Assembly (NCBI GenBank): GCA_038087875.1
Contig: CM075998.1
Coordinates: 5,458,001 to 5,522,000 of the forward strand
DNA: 64,000 nucleotides
Reading direction: 5' to 3'
DNA from: Malacoraja senta
Taxonomy: Eukaryota
This document shows positions 25,530-38,140 of this stretch, piece by piece. The translations under genes were made by a program, and so were the position numbers. The notes under the pieces were generated by a model. It searched no databases and was not told the DNA's origin. It was given only the letters and a program-made list of their open reading frames with translations. Position 1 is the stretch's first letter; each line of letters opens with the position of its first letter.

Positions 25530-25865
25530 CCTTCAGTTCTGTTTATTGTCACGTGTACCGAGGTACAGTGAAAAGCTTTTGTTGCGTGCTAACCAGTCAG
25601 CGGAACGACAATACATGATTACAATCGAGCCGTCCACAGTGTACAGATACATGATAAAGGGAATAACGTGAATAATGTTTAGTGCAAGGTAAAGCCCAGC
25701 AAAGTCCGATCAAAGATAGTCCGAAGGTCTCCAGTGACGTAGACAGTAAATCAGGACCGCTCTCTTGTTGGTGATAGGATGGTTTGGTTACCTGGTAACA
25801 GCAGAAAAGAAACTGTCCCTGAATCTGGAGGTGTGTGTTTTCACACTTCTGTACCTTTTACCCGA
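25530..25865 (-). mobile_element. Rex-Babar-like LINE 3' fragment
   Basis: Reverse complement of the tail AAAAGCTTTTCACTGTACCTCGGTACACGTGACAATAAAC. Confidence 0.6.
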
Positions 25866-26379
25866 TAATGACCAGATATTCTGATTATTATTACATTGCT
25901 ATTTGCGGTGACTGGCTATGTAAATATTAACTGTTGCATTCGCGACATTCCATCAGTGACTGCACTTGAGAAGTCCTTTGTTGTTGTGGGCACTTTGAAA
26001 AGAGCCACGCAAATGTAAGTCTGTCTTTCTTTCCCAAAGTGTTGTGCTCTGTTTTGCTTGCAGCGTTTCTTTCAGTTAAAAATCGTCAAGTGGCTGGGTG
26101 TGCGGTAGCATAATCAGTCGTGTCAGGGAATTGGGCAAGTCCCTACAGGAGTCGAGGTATTAAGGTTGGGGTTTCTGCACTCTCTAGCCCGTGAGGAAAT
26201 ACACAAGCAACTCTTCTGCACGGTCAATTAAAAAATACTTAATATTGCTGACCACATTGCTCAGAAATGGCAGGAAACATTTCACGTGCAATTGGTTGCT
26301 ATGAAGTTCAGTGTTTCTATTATGTAAACAAACTTGACAACCAATTTGCATAGAGTAAAACCAAACAAACAGCAACAAG

Positions 26380-26585
26380 GTTAATGGACAGTGTATCTGT
26401 ATCTGGCACTTTGAGTGTTCTCCAGAATAGGCAGGCGTCTGAAAACCAGCACCTCCACAGTACGGCACTCCCGCAGTATTGGGCTGGACAGTCAGCAGAG
26501 GCGGAGGCTCTCTTGATTGGGACTCAAACCCACAACCTTCTTACTCAGGGGGTGAGAGTGGGTCCAGCTGAGCCGCAGCTGAAAC
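26380..26585 (-). mobile_element. Old tRNA-derived SINE (SacSINE/DeuSINE-like)
   Basis: Minus strand reads GGCTCAGCTGG...GAAGGTTGTGGGTTTGAGTCCCA (A/B-box-like). A similar copy is at about 53960-54105 (+). Confidence 0.45.
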
Positions 26586-27177
26586 CCAGCATGAAATTCC
26601 ACTGTGCTTTTAATGAAGCCGTTAATCCATTTACAACTGGCCTTCATTAGGTCAAGTCCCATGGAAATGATGGTGCCTTCTGCCTCAAGTCCATTCTGGT
26701 GTTAGTGCTCAACACTAACCTCTTCATCTCACCCCATCAAGATAACCAACCAATCCTATTTGTGCCCTTACACTCTCATGGGCAATTTAGAGTCATACAG
26801 CGTGGAAACAGGCCCTTCGGCCCAACTTGCCCATACTGACCAACATGTCCCAGCTACACTAGTCCCACCTGCCTGTGTTTGGTCCATATCCCTCTAAACC
26901 TGTCCTATCCCTGTACCTGTCTAACTGTTTCTCAAACGTTGCAATAGTATCTAAATGTTTTTTAAATGTTGCGATACTAATGATAGATTTTAAGAGATAG
27001 GAGCAGGAGTAGACCATTCGGCCCTTTGAGCGGGTTCAGCAATCATGGAGATCAAGGCTGATCTTCCATCTCAGTATCTATTTCCGGCATCAATTTCCTT
27101 TATATCCAGGAATCTATCATTCAGCATAAAAAGAGGCCGTTCGGTCCACCATGCCCATCTTGACCATCAAGTACCTA

Positions 27178-28413
27178 TCTATATAATTAAAAGTCTCATC
27201 TTGACCACTTCCTGTTTGCACTGTGCTTTGATTTTAGAAAAAACGCTACCACATATGACTGTGATTTTTGGCCATCTTACTCAGAGTCCTCCTCCGCTGC
27301 GCAGGCCCCGAGGATTTTTCCCATCGATGAAAAATAAAAGACTTATTAGTGTTTAAAAAATCTTGAGATTCTCTCTCCTGTCAATCACCACCATGAAGGC
27401 CACGCCCCTTCCGGTGGGAGGGGGAGGCACTATAAAACCCGGAAGTGTGAGCGTGGCTCAGGCTGGCTGCAAGATGGCGAGGGAGAGGTCACGACTCTCT
27501 GTCTGAGCTGGGAAATTACAGAACACTGTGAGTATGCAATGTACTTGAATAAATGATTTGTTAGCCCTTAATGAAAATGAAATGAGTTGTTTGGCCTGCC
27601 CTGTGCTTGAAACTGTAATGGCAATGGAAATGAAGTGAAAATGCAATCAGCTGTTTGGCTTGAGCCTGCCCTGTGCTTGAAAGTGCAATGGCAATGGAAA
27701 TGAAGTGAAATTACAATCAGCTGTTTGGCTTGGGCCTGCCCTGTGCTTGAAAGTGCAATGTCAATGGAAATGAAATGAAATGAGTTGTTTGGCCTGCCTG
27801 AAACCACAAATTTCGGCCCACAAGGCCCCTATTAGCCGTGAAACCAGTCCCTTTTCCCCAAAATGCACGTATTAGCCCAGGAGGAGCATTTTGGCCCTCC
27901 TGGGCCAAAATGCTCCCCCTGGTCCCGAAAAAGTGCCTTTCACTGAGATTTCACTCAGATATTTTTTTAAAGAGCCCCTTTGGCCCATCAGCCCTGTACT
28001 AGCCCAGGAGTCCCTTCGGCACATCAGTAAGTATTCCCCCTGCAAGTATTAAACCTCAACCCAGTATTTTTCTCCCTCCCTTCATTTGCTCCCTGTGAGA
28101 TCCAGGCCAGGATAGACTTTCCTCCTTCATTGCTGTGATCTGCAGAAAAAGATGAAAAATGTCTAAAATTGATTCTCCACCTTCTCCCCTTCTCTCTCAC
28201 AGAGTCTCTCACTTGTTTTGGGCAGAATTTCTGGCAGTTTCTGAGCTGCCAGCCCACCAGGCCTAAGTGACTGGGCTGCCAGTCCACCAGGCCTGAGTGA
28301 CTGAGCTGCCAGCCTAAGAATCCATTCGGCCCACAATGTCCATACTTGCCCTCTGGAAACCAGTCCCTTCGGCCCACTAGACTAAGTAGACTAACGGGTC
28401 CCACTTAGTCTAG
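27178..28413 (+). mobile_element. Non-autonomous Helitron with internal minisatellites
   Basis: A|TCTATATAATTAAAA 5' end and ...GGGTCCCACTTAGTCTAG|T 3' end. Removing it restores the CR1 tail GTACCTA-TCTACGCTAA. About 60-bp tandem units at 27570-27800 and about 27-bp units at 28245-28315. Confidence 0.72.
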
Positions 28414-28423
28414 TCTACGCTAA

Positions 28424-28974
28424 AGGGCCTGTCCCACTTACGCGACTTTCCAGTGACTGTCTTCGACCTTCAAGCTCGAGGGCACTCGCCTGAAAAACCT
28501 CAAGCTGGATTGCGGAGGAGGGGGGGGGGGGGGGGGGGGGGAGGGGAGGGGAGAAGGATTGGAGACACTTTTAAGAAGACAGACAACGTTTAATAAAGTT
28601 TGGCAGACATTTAACATTACTGGTTGGTTTTCCTTGGTTCTGAAAACTCCAATGAGCCAATTAAAATGCCTGGTCAGCAAAGGAGATTGCCTACAGCTAC
28701 CCTCGACTGCCTGTAACTAAATAGCGACCCCACTGCACTGCACTACGAGTTCAAAAGAACCATGCCGACCAATGTTTACTTGCGGAAAAATTTTCAGCAT
28801 GCTGAAAAATTTTCCTCGACCAAACTGAGGCCGCGAGTATGCGGGAACTTCCCTCGAGCATGAAGGAGAGTTACAGTGACCTCCTAGGACCACGTGTCGA
28901 CCATGTTGCGAGTTTGAGTCGAGCGCAAACTCGTCTAAACTCGCAAATTAGGTGGCCGCAGTGGGACAGCCCCT
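28424..28974. mobile_element. PIF/Harbinger MITE
   Basis: TAA|AGGGCCTGTCCCACT ... AGTGGGACAGCCCCT|TAA, a 3-bp TAA TSD. Confidence 0.85.
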
Positions 28975-31036
28975 TAATCGCACCTTCCAGCACTTGGGCT
29001 GTAGCCTCTATGCCTTGGTGATTCAAGTACTCGTTTATCGACCTCCTGATTTCTATTTTGAATTAATCTTTGATAGCCATCTGATGTAGAGTATTTCATA
29101 GATTCACCACCCTCTGATTAAAGAAATTTCTCCTTATCTTGCCAACCCATTATTCCCAAACTGTTCCTCTAGTCCACGTCTGCTCACTCAGGGAAAAGAT
29201 CTTTCCCAAATCCAGTCCGTCAAACTAACAAGAAAGTTGTAACTTTCCTGTGATCTCTTCTCATTCCTCTCAATGGTAGGGAATGCAGTCCCACTTTACT
29301 CTCTCTCCTTACACAGTAAATGTGCCATCTGTGGAACCAGTCCAGTGAATCTGCATTCAATTATCTATATTGCAGGTCTCTCCATACTTCGGTGAGCAGA
29401 CCACAACTGTGCACAATTCTCCAGGTCTGTTCTCGGCAGTTTTTTTTATCAGCAGCATATGAGTTTCATAGAGCCATACAGAATGGAAATAGGCCCTTCA
29501 GCCCAACTTGCCCATGCCCACCAAGAAGCTGCCTGACCGGCTGAGTTACTCCAGCACTTGTGTCCTTTTTTTGGGGAATGAAAGTTGGGATGGACTGCAG
29601 ACGCTGGTTTAAACCGAAGATAGGCACAAAATGCTGGAGTTACTCAGCGGGACAGGCAGCATCTCTGGAGAGAAGGAACGGGTGACCTTTTGGGTCGAGA
29701 CCCTTCAACTATTTCACCTTTTGCGCCCCAACAATGTTCTGTTTATTCTTCATGTGTTCCCACAAATATTTCTTTGAGAACTCTTTGTATTCATTCATGG
29801 GATGTGGGCATCACTGGAGAGGTCGGGATTGATGATCATCCCAGGTCATGTTGGGATTGGACTTGGATCCCGACACACTGTGCAGGAGGATCTGCGCCAT
29901 CTGCAAAGTTGAAAGGCCTTGTGTTTCAAAGTGCGCGTCTTATGCAGAACCAGCTAATCAACCTCCGATGGTCTCCACCTGGATGCCAGCTCTGCCACAA
30001 AATTGGGCCGCAAGGTTTTATAAGAGGAAGTGATGTCGTTCTAGGTAGAAAATGCGGACTGCACTGCACATTGAAAGGGGAATTACTGAACACGAACGAG
30101 GAAGTAAAAGATTATTACCTCAGAATAGGTTCCATCAGTGGTTAACACCATTTTAAGCATAAGAATAGATTCCAAGCTCATTGCCTTTTTTTCCCCCTTT
30201 TTGCAAATTTTAATTTTGAGAGTGAACCGGATTTGGTCAATTTTCACAATTTTCTTCCGCCCTAATTTGCCCTTTCATTGTGTTCCGTGCAAATAATTCC
30301 TGCTCGCCACTTTAATGTGTTCATTCTGTTCCTCAAGAATGAATACATTTGGAGTTGCTCGGCCAAGCATCCTGCACGCCAGCAAGGCTGGGACCATTGA
30401 GCAATCGAGGTCTCTCACCTCCTCTCCCGGCACCAGGGATTCATCATCATTCAAGGTGGCTTACCGCAGTGGTCAATACAGTCCCAGTCCAGCCAAAGCC
30501 ATCAAAAGTGAAAGATAGCGGTTGGAAGAATTGCATACCAAGATGGCGGGTGCTGGTCAATCTCAAAATTCTCAAGCGGTTTCATCGGGAATGTAGTGGA
30601 CTATTTGCCCTTTAAGTCATTTACCCTTTAACTCAATCAACTCATTGCTCACCCAACCTCAACTCCATTTCTTTGCCACATTCCTTGCTATCCTTGTCCA
30701 ATACAAATCCATCAGTCGTGGTCCCGAACAGTTCAATTCTCTGAACATCCATAACCAAGCGGGAAGCAGAATTCCACATTTTCAAAATACCAGGAATGAG
30801 CTCTGTTTTTAACAGGCTCTCTCTGCAAGAGGGCATTGACCTCTAAAGGATTCTTGAGTGCCCAGAATGCTCTAATTTACCTCAACTTTCTCCAGTGTGG
30901 GCTGAATCTCGACCTAGTCCAGATCTAACAATGAAAAACGGCAAATCAAAACCCCAGCAGATCTGATGACAGTCATTGTTAGGTTGTTAGGTAACCACTG
31001 TGTTTTTGGATTCAAATATAAAAATCTTGGGCTTAC

Positions 31037-32531
31037 CTTGTACAGATCAACAGTGCACCAGCTGTTTTGTTCCTCAGGGTGTAAGTGTGAGCATTTGTTC
31101 ATATGAGACAACGGGACGGTCGCTGTCGGGTGGAATGCGGGAAGGTTTGTCTGCTTCCCACCCACACAGGGTGCGGTGGAGCTGAAAAGTGGGAATGCTA
31201 TCCCGTTTGGCTGGTTGGCACCAGGGAGCCAGTCCGTTTGACTGCGAGTCTCATGTGCATGACTAGCTAGTGCACTGCTTGGGTGACTGAAGTCCAGTCT
31301 GTTGCTCTGTGGAGGAGCAGAAACACAGGGAGGGGCACTGGATGGTGAATTAAAGAGGGGTGTGTTTTGCTGTGAGTTAGCCCTACAGCTCTGTGCAGCC
31401 CTCATGTATCCATAGCTGACGCTGCAGTTGATTGAGGCAGCTGGATTTTGTCCGGTGACTGGGGATGGGCTGGGATTGCTGGACTGTTGGTGATAATGGT
31501 GAGGCTGTCGGTTGTAGTACTGCGTGGGGAGTTGTCGATCGCGTGACTGCCCGTGCTGCTGCAGTTGAAGGCTTGGTCCTGTAGCCCGCTGCTTGTGCAG
31601 GACATGCTGCTGTACATATTGCTGCTGCATGGGGCCAGAGGCATACTGCTGCTGCCGTGAATGGGACCAATGCATGTTCTGTTGTTGATACGTGCTGCTG
31701 CAGTTGAAGTCCTGCTGGGGCATGCTTTGTGCCCCATTACAAGGTCGCATAGCTTCTTGGGGAAAGTACCTTCCCTTGGAGGGCTGTTGAGGAATCGACG
31801 ATGGCAGGCTCTGCTGCAAGTGTAATGACGCTGTCTGAGGTGACCGGTTACTTTGACTCTGTGACATTCCCGAGCATTCAGGCAATTGGTCCCCTGTGCC
31901 TAAATTATCTTTCAATCCAGTCGGCTGGTGCAAACTCTGCCCATTCATCTCCTTCTGCTTCAGTGATTCATGGACGTAGGACAAAACCTGGTCGTTTGTC
32001 ACCATGTCGTTCAGGGAGCATTCTGTATCCACGCCCATGTTCAATGTGTTCTCCACCCAATGCATGAGCTCCAAGTCTTCTGGTGCCAAGCTCTCCAGTA
32101 CATTGGGCAGCCCAGCTAACCCCTCGCCATTGTCACTTTGAAGTATGTCATCCAATATGGACAACAGATCATCTTCCTGCTTACTGCTGGGATCTTCCTT
32201 TTTTACATGCTGCTGCCCGTTCGGAGGGCATGGTGTACTGGCTGCTGAAGCGCCGGCAACTGCTCCGCCAATTCGGCTGAACGAGTACTTGGGTTCCACT
32301 GCCGGGTGGCTGATGTACACCGCCTTGTCTTGGCTCATCATGGCTCCAAGGAGTGAGTTGGGATCCACACATCCATTCTGCACCATGCCGGGATTACCGT
32401 TCTCAGACGGAAAGGGGTTGGTGAGCCCGAGCAGAGGGGAACTGTTGTCGTACAAGACAGCCTCTCCCGTTGAGAACGGTAGTTGGAAGGGCATTGTACG
32501 TTTCTGAAAGTGATCCATCCCTTCTTTATCC
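31037..32531 (-). CDS. ahr: AHR exon 10 (end of PAS-B and transactivation domain)
   Basis: 1495 bp, cacAG|G ... AAG|GTAAGC. Begins DKEGMDHFQKRTMPFQLPFSTGEAVLYD. Contains the AHR motifs DPNSLLGAMMSQD and TNDQVLSYVHESL plus acidic, Q-rich and P/S/T-rich parts. Overlaps ORF 30914-32518. Confidence 0.93.
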
Positions 32532-33473
32532 CTGTGGGAAAATAGCAGAAGTACATCTATGCGGGAGTTATTGCGGGAGGACGCATAGGCAAGACATAAC
32601 GTGAGATCAATGTGACAGAAAGGCTCACTATCAACTTATTCATAGTCACACAGCATGGAAACAGGCCCTTCAGCCCACCATGGTAACTATCAAACACCCA
32701 TTTGCAACTATTCCCACTTTATTCATGAATCCACGTCATAGGATTCGGCCCATCGAGTCCATTCCGCCATTCAATCACGGCTGATCTATCTTCCCCTCTC
32801 AGCCCCATTCTCCTGCCTCCTCCCCGTAACCCTTCACACTCTTACGAATCAATTATTTGTCAAACCCCACCTTAAAAATTCTGGGGCAAGACCCGCATTT
32901 AATCCCTATCCCTACTTACCCTGAATCAAATGAGCTCATCAGGCCTATTCAGAGGATAGTTTGGAGTCATATTTACACCAGATTGGGCAAGGATGGAATA
33001 TTTACTTCGCTGAAGGACATGGGCAAAGCGGAGGGGTCTTTATGGCAGAAGGTAGTTCTACTCACACTTCATATCCAGTTATTTAAATAACTAAAGGTCA
33101 TCCCCAGTTGCAAGAGTAGGATTTGTACTCATGTTGAGGGAATCTTAATCTCAGCCTCCCAACCTGCGAGACTGGTAACCCACACGTTGCATAATCCCAA
33201 CCAGTAATGTTGAATAACCAGGACAGTGGCCCCATAGCAGAAGCGTCCACATTGCAGGGCTGGAAACTGGAAGCATCCTGAGCTAATTTCTGCTACCACC
33301 ATCATATATTGCCACAAGTGATGGCTCCCACTGATTGTCACCGGAAGCTTGCGTCCTTTTCAGGACAGACGATGACAGCGAGGTCAACATTTGTAACAAG
33401 ATGGACACGAAAAGAAGAATTAGACCAGGATAGTTTTATTACGTCGATGAATTAATGAAATAATGACCAACCA

Positions 33474-34236
33474 CCGTATTTCCCGGCAATGAAGACGCAC
33501 CCCCATTTTGAGTTGCTAAATTTTGAAAAAAGACTGGCGGGACAGGATCAAGAGTTTGGTTTATTCAGTAGAAAGGAAGATGTGAAACTCCTTCAAGGAG
33601 GCAATGAGAACCGGGGAGCTTCCATCTTCGCCTGTCCCACAATGCACTGTGCGGTTCAGGTCTGAGGGACGGGGACTTCCTGGCTCAGGGAGATCACATA
33701 ATGGGGAGAGGGAGAGAGAAATAGAGAGAAAGAGAGAGAGCGCCCGGAACGGAGCAGCCAGGCTTCCGCCCAGTAGCTACCCGCCAACCACCACCTCCAC
33801 CTGTTGCGCCTGTGCCGAAGGACACCGTGGCTGGATGGCTGGCGGGCCGGCCGGTTCCGCTGTCCGGTCCCGGCGGCTGCTCGCAGCCACCCGAGCTACT
33901 GAGTGAGTTGCTGGCATGATCCACGACCCCCTCCTTCTCAACGCTCCTGCCCTCCCCGCAACTTTACCCCTGGCGGCCCAGCCAAGTTTGCTACTTTGTG
34001 CTGACCCGGGCCAGACTCCCCACATGCTGTGGAAGGGACTCTTCCCCCCCTCCCCCCCCCCCCCCCCCCCCCTCCACTCAGCAGTGCTGTCCTTTTAAAT
34101 CAGCTGCCAGCAATGAGGGATAGACAAGTCTATCTTTCTTGGCGAACAATCTAACCTTCCGCCTCCAAGACGCAGGTCAACTTTCGGTCCCTTTTTTTGG
34201 GTAAAAAAATAGCGTCTTCTCTGCCGGGAAATACGG
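33474..34236. mobile_element. Tc1/mariner (pogo/Tc2-like) MITE
   Basis: TIRs CCGTATTTCCCGGCA..GAAGACGC / GCGTCTTC..TGCCGGGAAATACGG|TA. Confidence 0.8.
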
Positions 34237-34385
34237 TACAATGGTGGAATAAATGTTGCAAAAAGTTGCTATCACACCTAATCGTGAAATAAGTGCTTGC
34301 CATACTTGCCAAAATTTTGACTGAACAGTATACACAAGCTTTAACAGCATCAACAAAATCACATGAAGATCTTCAGTCTACATAC

Positions 34386-34527
34386 GTTAAGAGTCTCTGC
34401 TTTGCGATGATGCAATCTGGCTGCCCATTCTTATAGACCGTTCGAGCATCTGCCTGCACCCAGATCCAGACGTTCTGCTTCGTCAGTAGTCTGAAGATAG
34501 TTAATCCACTCTCTCCTGTCTTCATCA
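34386..34527 (-). CDS. ahr: AHR exon 9 (PAS-B)
   Basis: 142 bp, cccAG|TG ... AC|GTATGT. Encodes (L)[46 protein letters not shown](T), in frame with exons 8 and 10. Confidence 0.97.
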
Positions 34528-35473
34528 CTGGGGAAGACACAAGTGAATGGTTAGAAACCACTTTTTTCTGCACAAATGGTGGTGGGTGTATGGAACAAGC
34601 TGCCAGAGGAGGTAGTTGAGGCTGGGACTATCCCCAGGTTTAAGAAACAGTTAGACAGGTACATGGATAGGACAGGTTTGGAGGGATATGGACCAAACGC
34701 GGGCAGGTGGGACTAGTGTAGATGGGACATTGTTGGCTGGTGTAGATGGGACATTGTTGGCCGGTGTGGGCAAGTTGGGCTGAAGGGCCTGTTTCCACAC
34801 TGTATCACTCTGTGACTCTAAACAGCCCAGACCAGGCACCGTAGTGTGGGCAGGAAGTGTAAAACAGAAAGGAAAATTATGAAACAAAGCACGGGGAAAT
34901 AAAGATGTACGTTTCTACAGTGCTGTTCACGACCTCGGGCCGAGCTTTACAGTCATGAAGTACTTTCTGAAATATAGCGAGTGTCCGAAATTCAGGGGCC
35001 AATGTGCACACAGATGTGATGATGACTGTTTTTTAATCAATTTTGATAACCTTGCTTGAAGAATGAATATTAGTCAGGACACGAGGCGAGCTCCCCTGCC
35101 TTCCCTCCCTGCGACCACGTAAGCTTCCCCCCCACATCCCAAACACACTTGGGTTGGTAGGTTAATCGGCCGCTGTATATTGCCGCTAGTGTAGGCGTGT
35201 GGTAGAATGTGGAGGGAGTTGATGGGAATGTACGGAGAATAAAGTGGGGATTACTGTAAATAGGTGGTTGATAGCCCAGTGGGCCGAAGGGCCTGTTTCC
35301 GTACTGTATGCAAATACAGACTGCGGATCTTTACAACCACAGATGAGTAGAAAGGAGCTTCACTCAACATCCCGCCTGAAGAACAACATCAATGACAGTG
35401 CTCCTTCTGTGACGATTAGCACCGTAGCATTAGATGAGGATTCAATATATACAAAATGTGGTCACATCACAGA

Positions 35474-35742
35474 GGGCGGCACAGCGTCGGAGACCCGGGT
35501 TCCATCCTAACTACGGATGTTGTTTGTACGTTCTCTCTGTGACCTGCGTGGGTTTTCTCCGAGATCTTCGGTTTCCTCCCACACTCCAAAGACGTACAGG
35601 TTTGTAGGTTAATTAGCTTGGTATAAGTGTAAATTGTCCCTAGTGTGGGTAGGATAGTGTTAGTGTGCGGGGATCGCTGGTCGGCGTGGCCTCGATGGCC
35701 GAAGGGCCTGTTTCCGCGCTGAATCTCCAAATAAACTAACTA
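35474..35742 (+). mobile_element. tRNA-derived V-SINE/HE1-like SINE
   Basis: GGGTTCCATCC B-box-like sequence, core TTTGTACGTTCTC...GGTTTCCTCCCACACTCCAAAGAC, and a CR1-derived tail. Other copies at about 38270-38580(-), 39830-40010(+), 46880-47160(+), 47870-48035(-), 50290-50530(+), 50750-51000(-) and 51120-51290(-). Confidence 0.7.
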
Positions 35743-35919
35743 ATTTTCTCATCGACTTCGGCACATCTGACATTTAAGTAATTGAGTCGCTATCATGCGA
35801 CTATTGTCACTATTTAAGTTGTCAACTATAAGCCACTGTAAATAAAATGGCGGATGGAAAATTCAAGGTGAACAATACCCGTCAGAGATTCCCTCCCCAG
35901 TTGCAGAACTGCCACTTAC

Positions 35920-36029
35920 ACCGAACATGGTTGTCAGCACAGTACAGCATGTCGTGAGCATGGATGAACTGGTACCCTGAACCTCTCATGCACAGCTCCA
36001 GTTCTGAGTAACCCAGCACAATTCGAGCC
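35920..36029 (-). CDS. ahr: AHR exon 8 (PAS-B ligand-binding domain)
   Basis: 110 bp, ttccAG|G ... T|GTAAGT. Encodes [36 protein letters not shown]. Confidence 0.97.
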
Positions 36030-36306
36030 CTGGAAACGAGAAAAGAAAGAAACTAGGAAAAGGGTCAACATCTCATAGAAACACCAGCCACACAAGAAAA
36101 GAACAAGTGAATTACTGAACGATCACTGCGAGCAGAATCCTGCACGGCGCCACGCTGACAGCGATCTTCATCACGGCTTCATCACCTGATACACTCCTAT
36201 TTCCATTTCCCTCACTTTCTACCGAAAGCATCCAAATACTTCATCAACCTTTGCAAGAAATACAAGGCACATTTTTAAATGGACGGAGGACTGGGTGAGA
36301 CAGTAA

Positions 36307-36965
36307 TAGAAACATAGACAATAGGTGCAGGAGTAGGCCATCCGGCCCTTCAAGCTAGCACCGCCATTCAATATGATCATGGCTGATCATCTAAAATCAC
36401 TACTCTGTTCCTGCCTTCTCCCCATATCCCCTGACTCCGTTAGCCCTAAGAGCTAGATCTAACTCTCTCTTGAAAAAATCCAGTCAATTGGCCCCCACTG
36501 CCTTTGGTGGCAGAGAATTCCACAGATTCACAACTCTCTGGGTGAAAAAATGTTTCCTCATCGCAGTCCTAAATGGCCTACCCCTTATTCTTAAACTGTG
36601 ACCCCTGGTTCTGGACTCCCCCAACATCGGCAACATTTTTCCTGCATCTAACCTGTCCAATCCTCTAAGAATTTTATATGTTTCTATAAGATCCCCTCCC
36701 ATCCGTCTAAATTCCAGTGAGTACTACAAGCCCAGTCGACCCATTCCTTCGTCATATGTCAGTCCCACCATCCCGGGAGTTAACCTGGTGAACCTACACT
36801 GCCCTCCCTCAATAGCAATAATGTCCTTCCTCAAATTAGGAGACCAAAATTGTACACAATACTCCAGTTGCGGGTCTCACCAGGGCCCTGTACAACGGCA
36901 GTGGGACCTCCTTGCACCTAAACACAAATCCTCTCGCAATGAAGGTCAACATGCCATTAGCTCCC
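36307..36965 (-). mobile_element. CR1 LINE 3' fragment
   Basis: DLIETYKILRGLDRLDAG...ESRTRGHSL. Confidence 0.88.
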
Positions 36966-37129
36966 TTCAATCCCATGAAAACAAATGTGGAGGTGTCACG
37001 CTGATAATTTGCTGAGGTTGCAGTGAAGCTGGGGTGGAAGCGAACAGTTAAGCTGAGGTGGGTGGACATTACTAAAGAACAAATCTAAATGTGAGTGTCA
37101 CCAGCTGTTTCAACTTTGGTGTCATTTAC

Positions 37130-38140
37130 AGCAGGATCTTGATCAGCTGGGCAAGTGGGCTGAGGAATGGTTCATGGCGTTCCACGTAAATAAGTGCTCG
37201 ATGTTGCATTTTGGGAAGTCAAACCAGGGCAGGTCCTACGGTAAATGGAAGTGTTGTAGAGCAAAGGGATCTAGGAGTGCAGGTACATAGTTCCTTGAAA
37301 GTGGAGTCACGGGTAGATAGGGTGGTCAAGAAGGTTTTCGGCACGTTGGCCATCATCAGACAGGGTGCTGAGTATAGAAGTTGGGATGTAGACACAAAAT
37401 GCTGGAGTAACTCAGCGGGTGAGGCAGCATCTATGGAGAGAAGGAACTGGCGACGTTTCGGGTCGAGAATTCCTTTTCTCCATCGATGCTGCCTCACCCG
37501 CTGAGTTTCTCCAGCATTTTGTGTCTACCTTCGATTTTAGCAGCATCTGCAGTTCTTTCTTAAACATAGAAGTTGGGATGTTATGTTACTGTTGTACAAA
37601 ACGTTGGTGAGACCACATTTTAAGTATTGTGCTCGGGTTTGGTTCGCCCTGTTATGGGGAAGATGTTATTAAGCTGGAAAAGAGTGCAGACAAAATGTAA
37701 GAGGATGTTGCCAGGGCCTGAGGGCCTGAGCTGTCTGTACAGATTGGGCAGGCTTGGATTTATTCCTTGGAGCGCAGGAGGATGAGGGGTGATTGTATAG
37801 AGGTGCATAACATCATGAAGTTGATAGTGTGAATGCACAGAAACTTTAACCCAGAGTACCCTCCAGAACCAGAAGACATAGGTTTTCAGTGAAAAGGGAA
37901 AGATTTAATAGGAACCTGAGGGGCAACTTTTTCCACACGGAGGGTGGTGGGTATATGGAACAAGCTGCCAGAGTAGGTAGTTGAGGCAGGTACCATAACA
38001 ACTTTGGACAAGTGTATGGATATGAAAGGTTTAGAGGAATATGGCCAATCACAGGCTGATGGGACTAGTCTAGATGGGGCATCATATTCGGCACTGACAA
38101 GTTGGGCTGAAGGGCCTATTTCCACACTGTATGACTCTAC
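37130..38140 (+). mobile_element. CR1 LINE 3' fragment interrupted by a Penelope-end palindrome
   Basis: EQRDLGVQVHSSLK...VVKKVFG, with a CR1 tail. Confidence 0.85.

Noticed and set aside
25581..25590. XRE-like TTGCGTG motif suggesting AHR autoregulation
   Set aside because: A single 7-mer inside a LINE tail is expected by chance.
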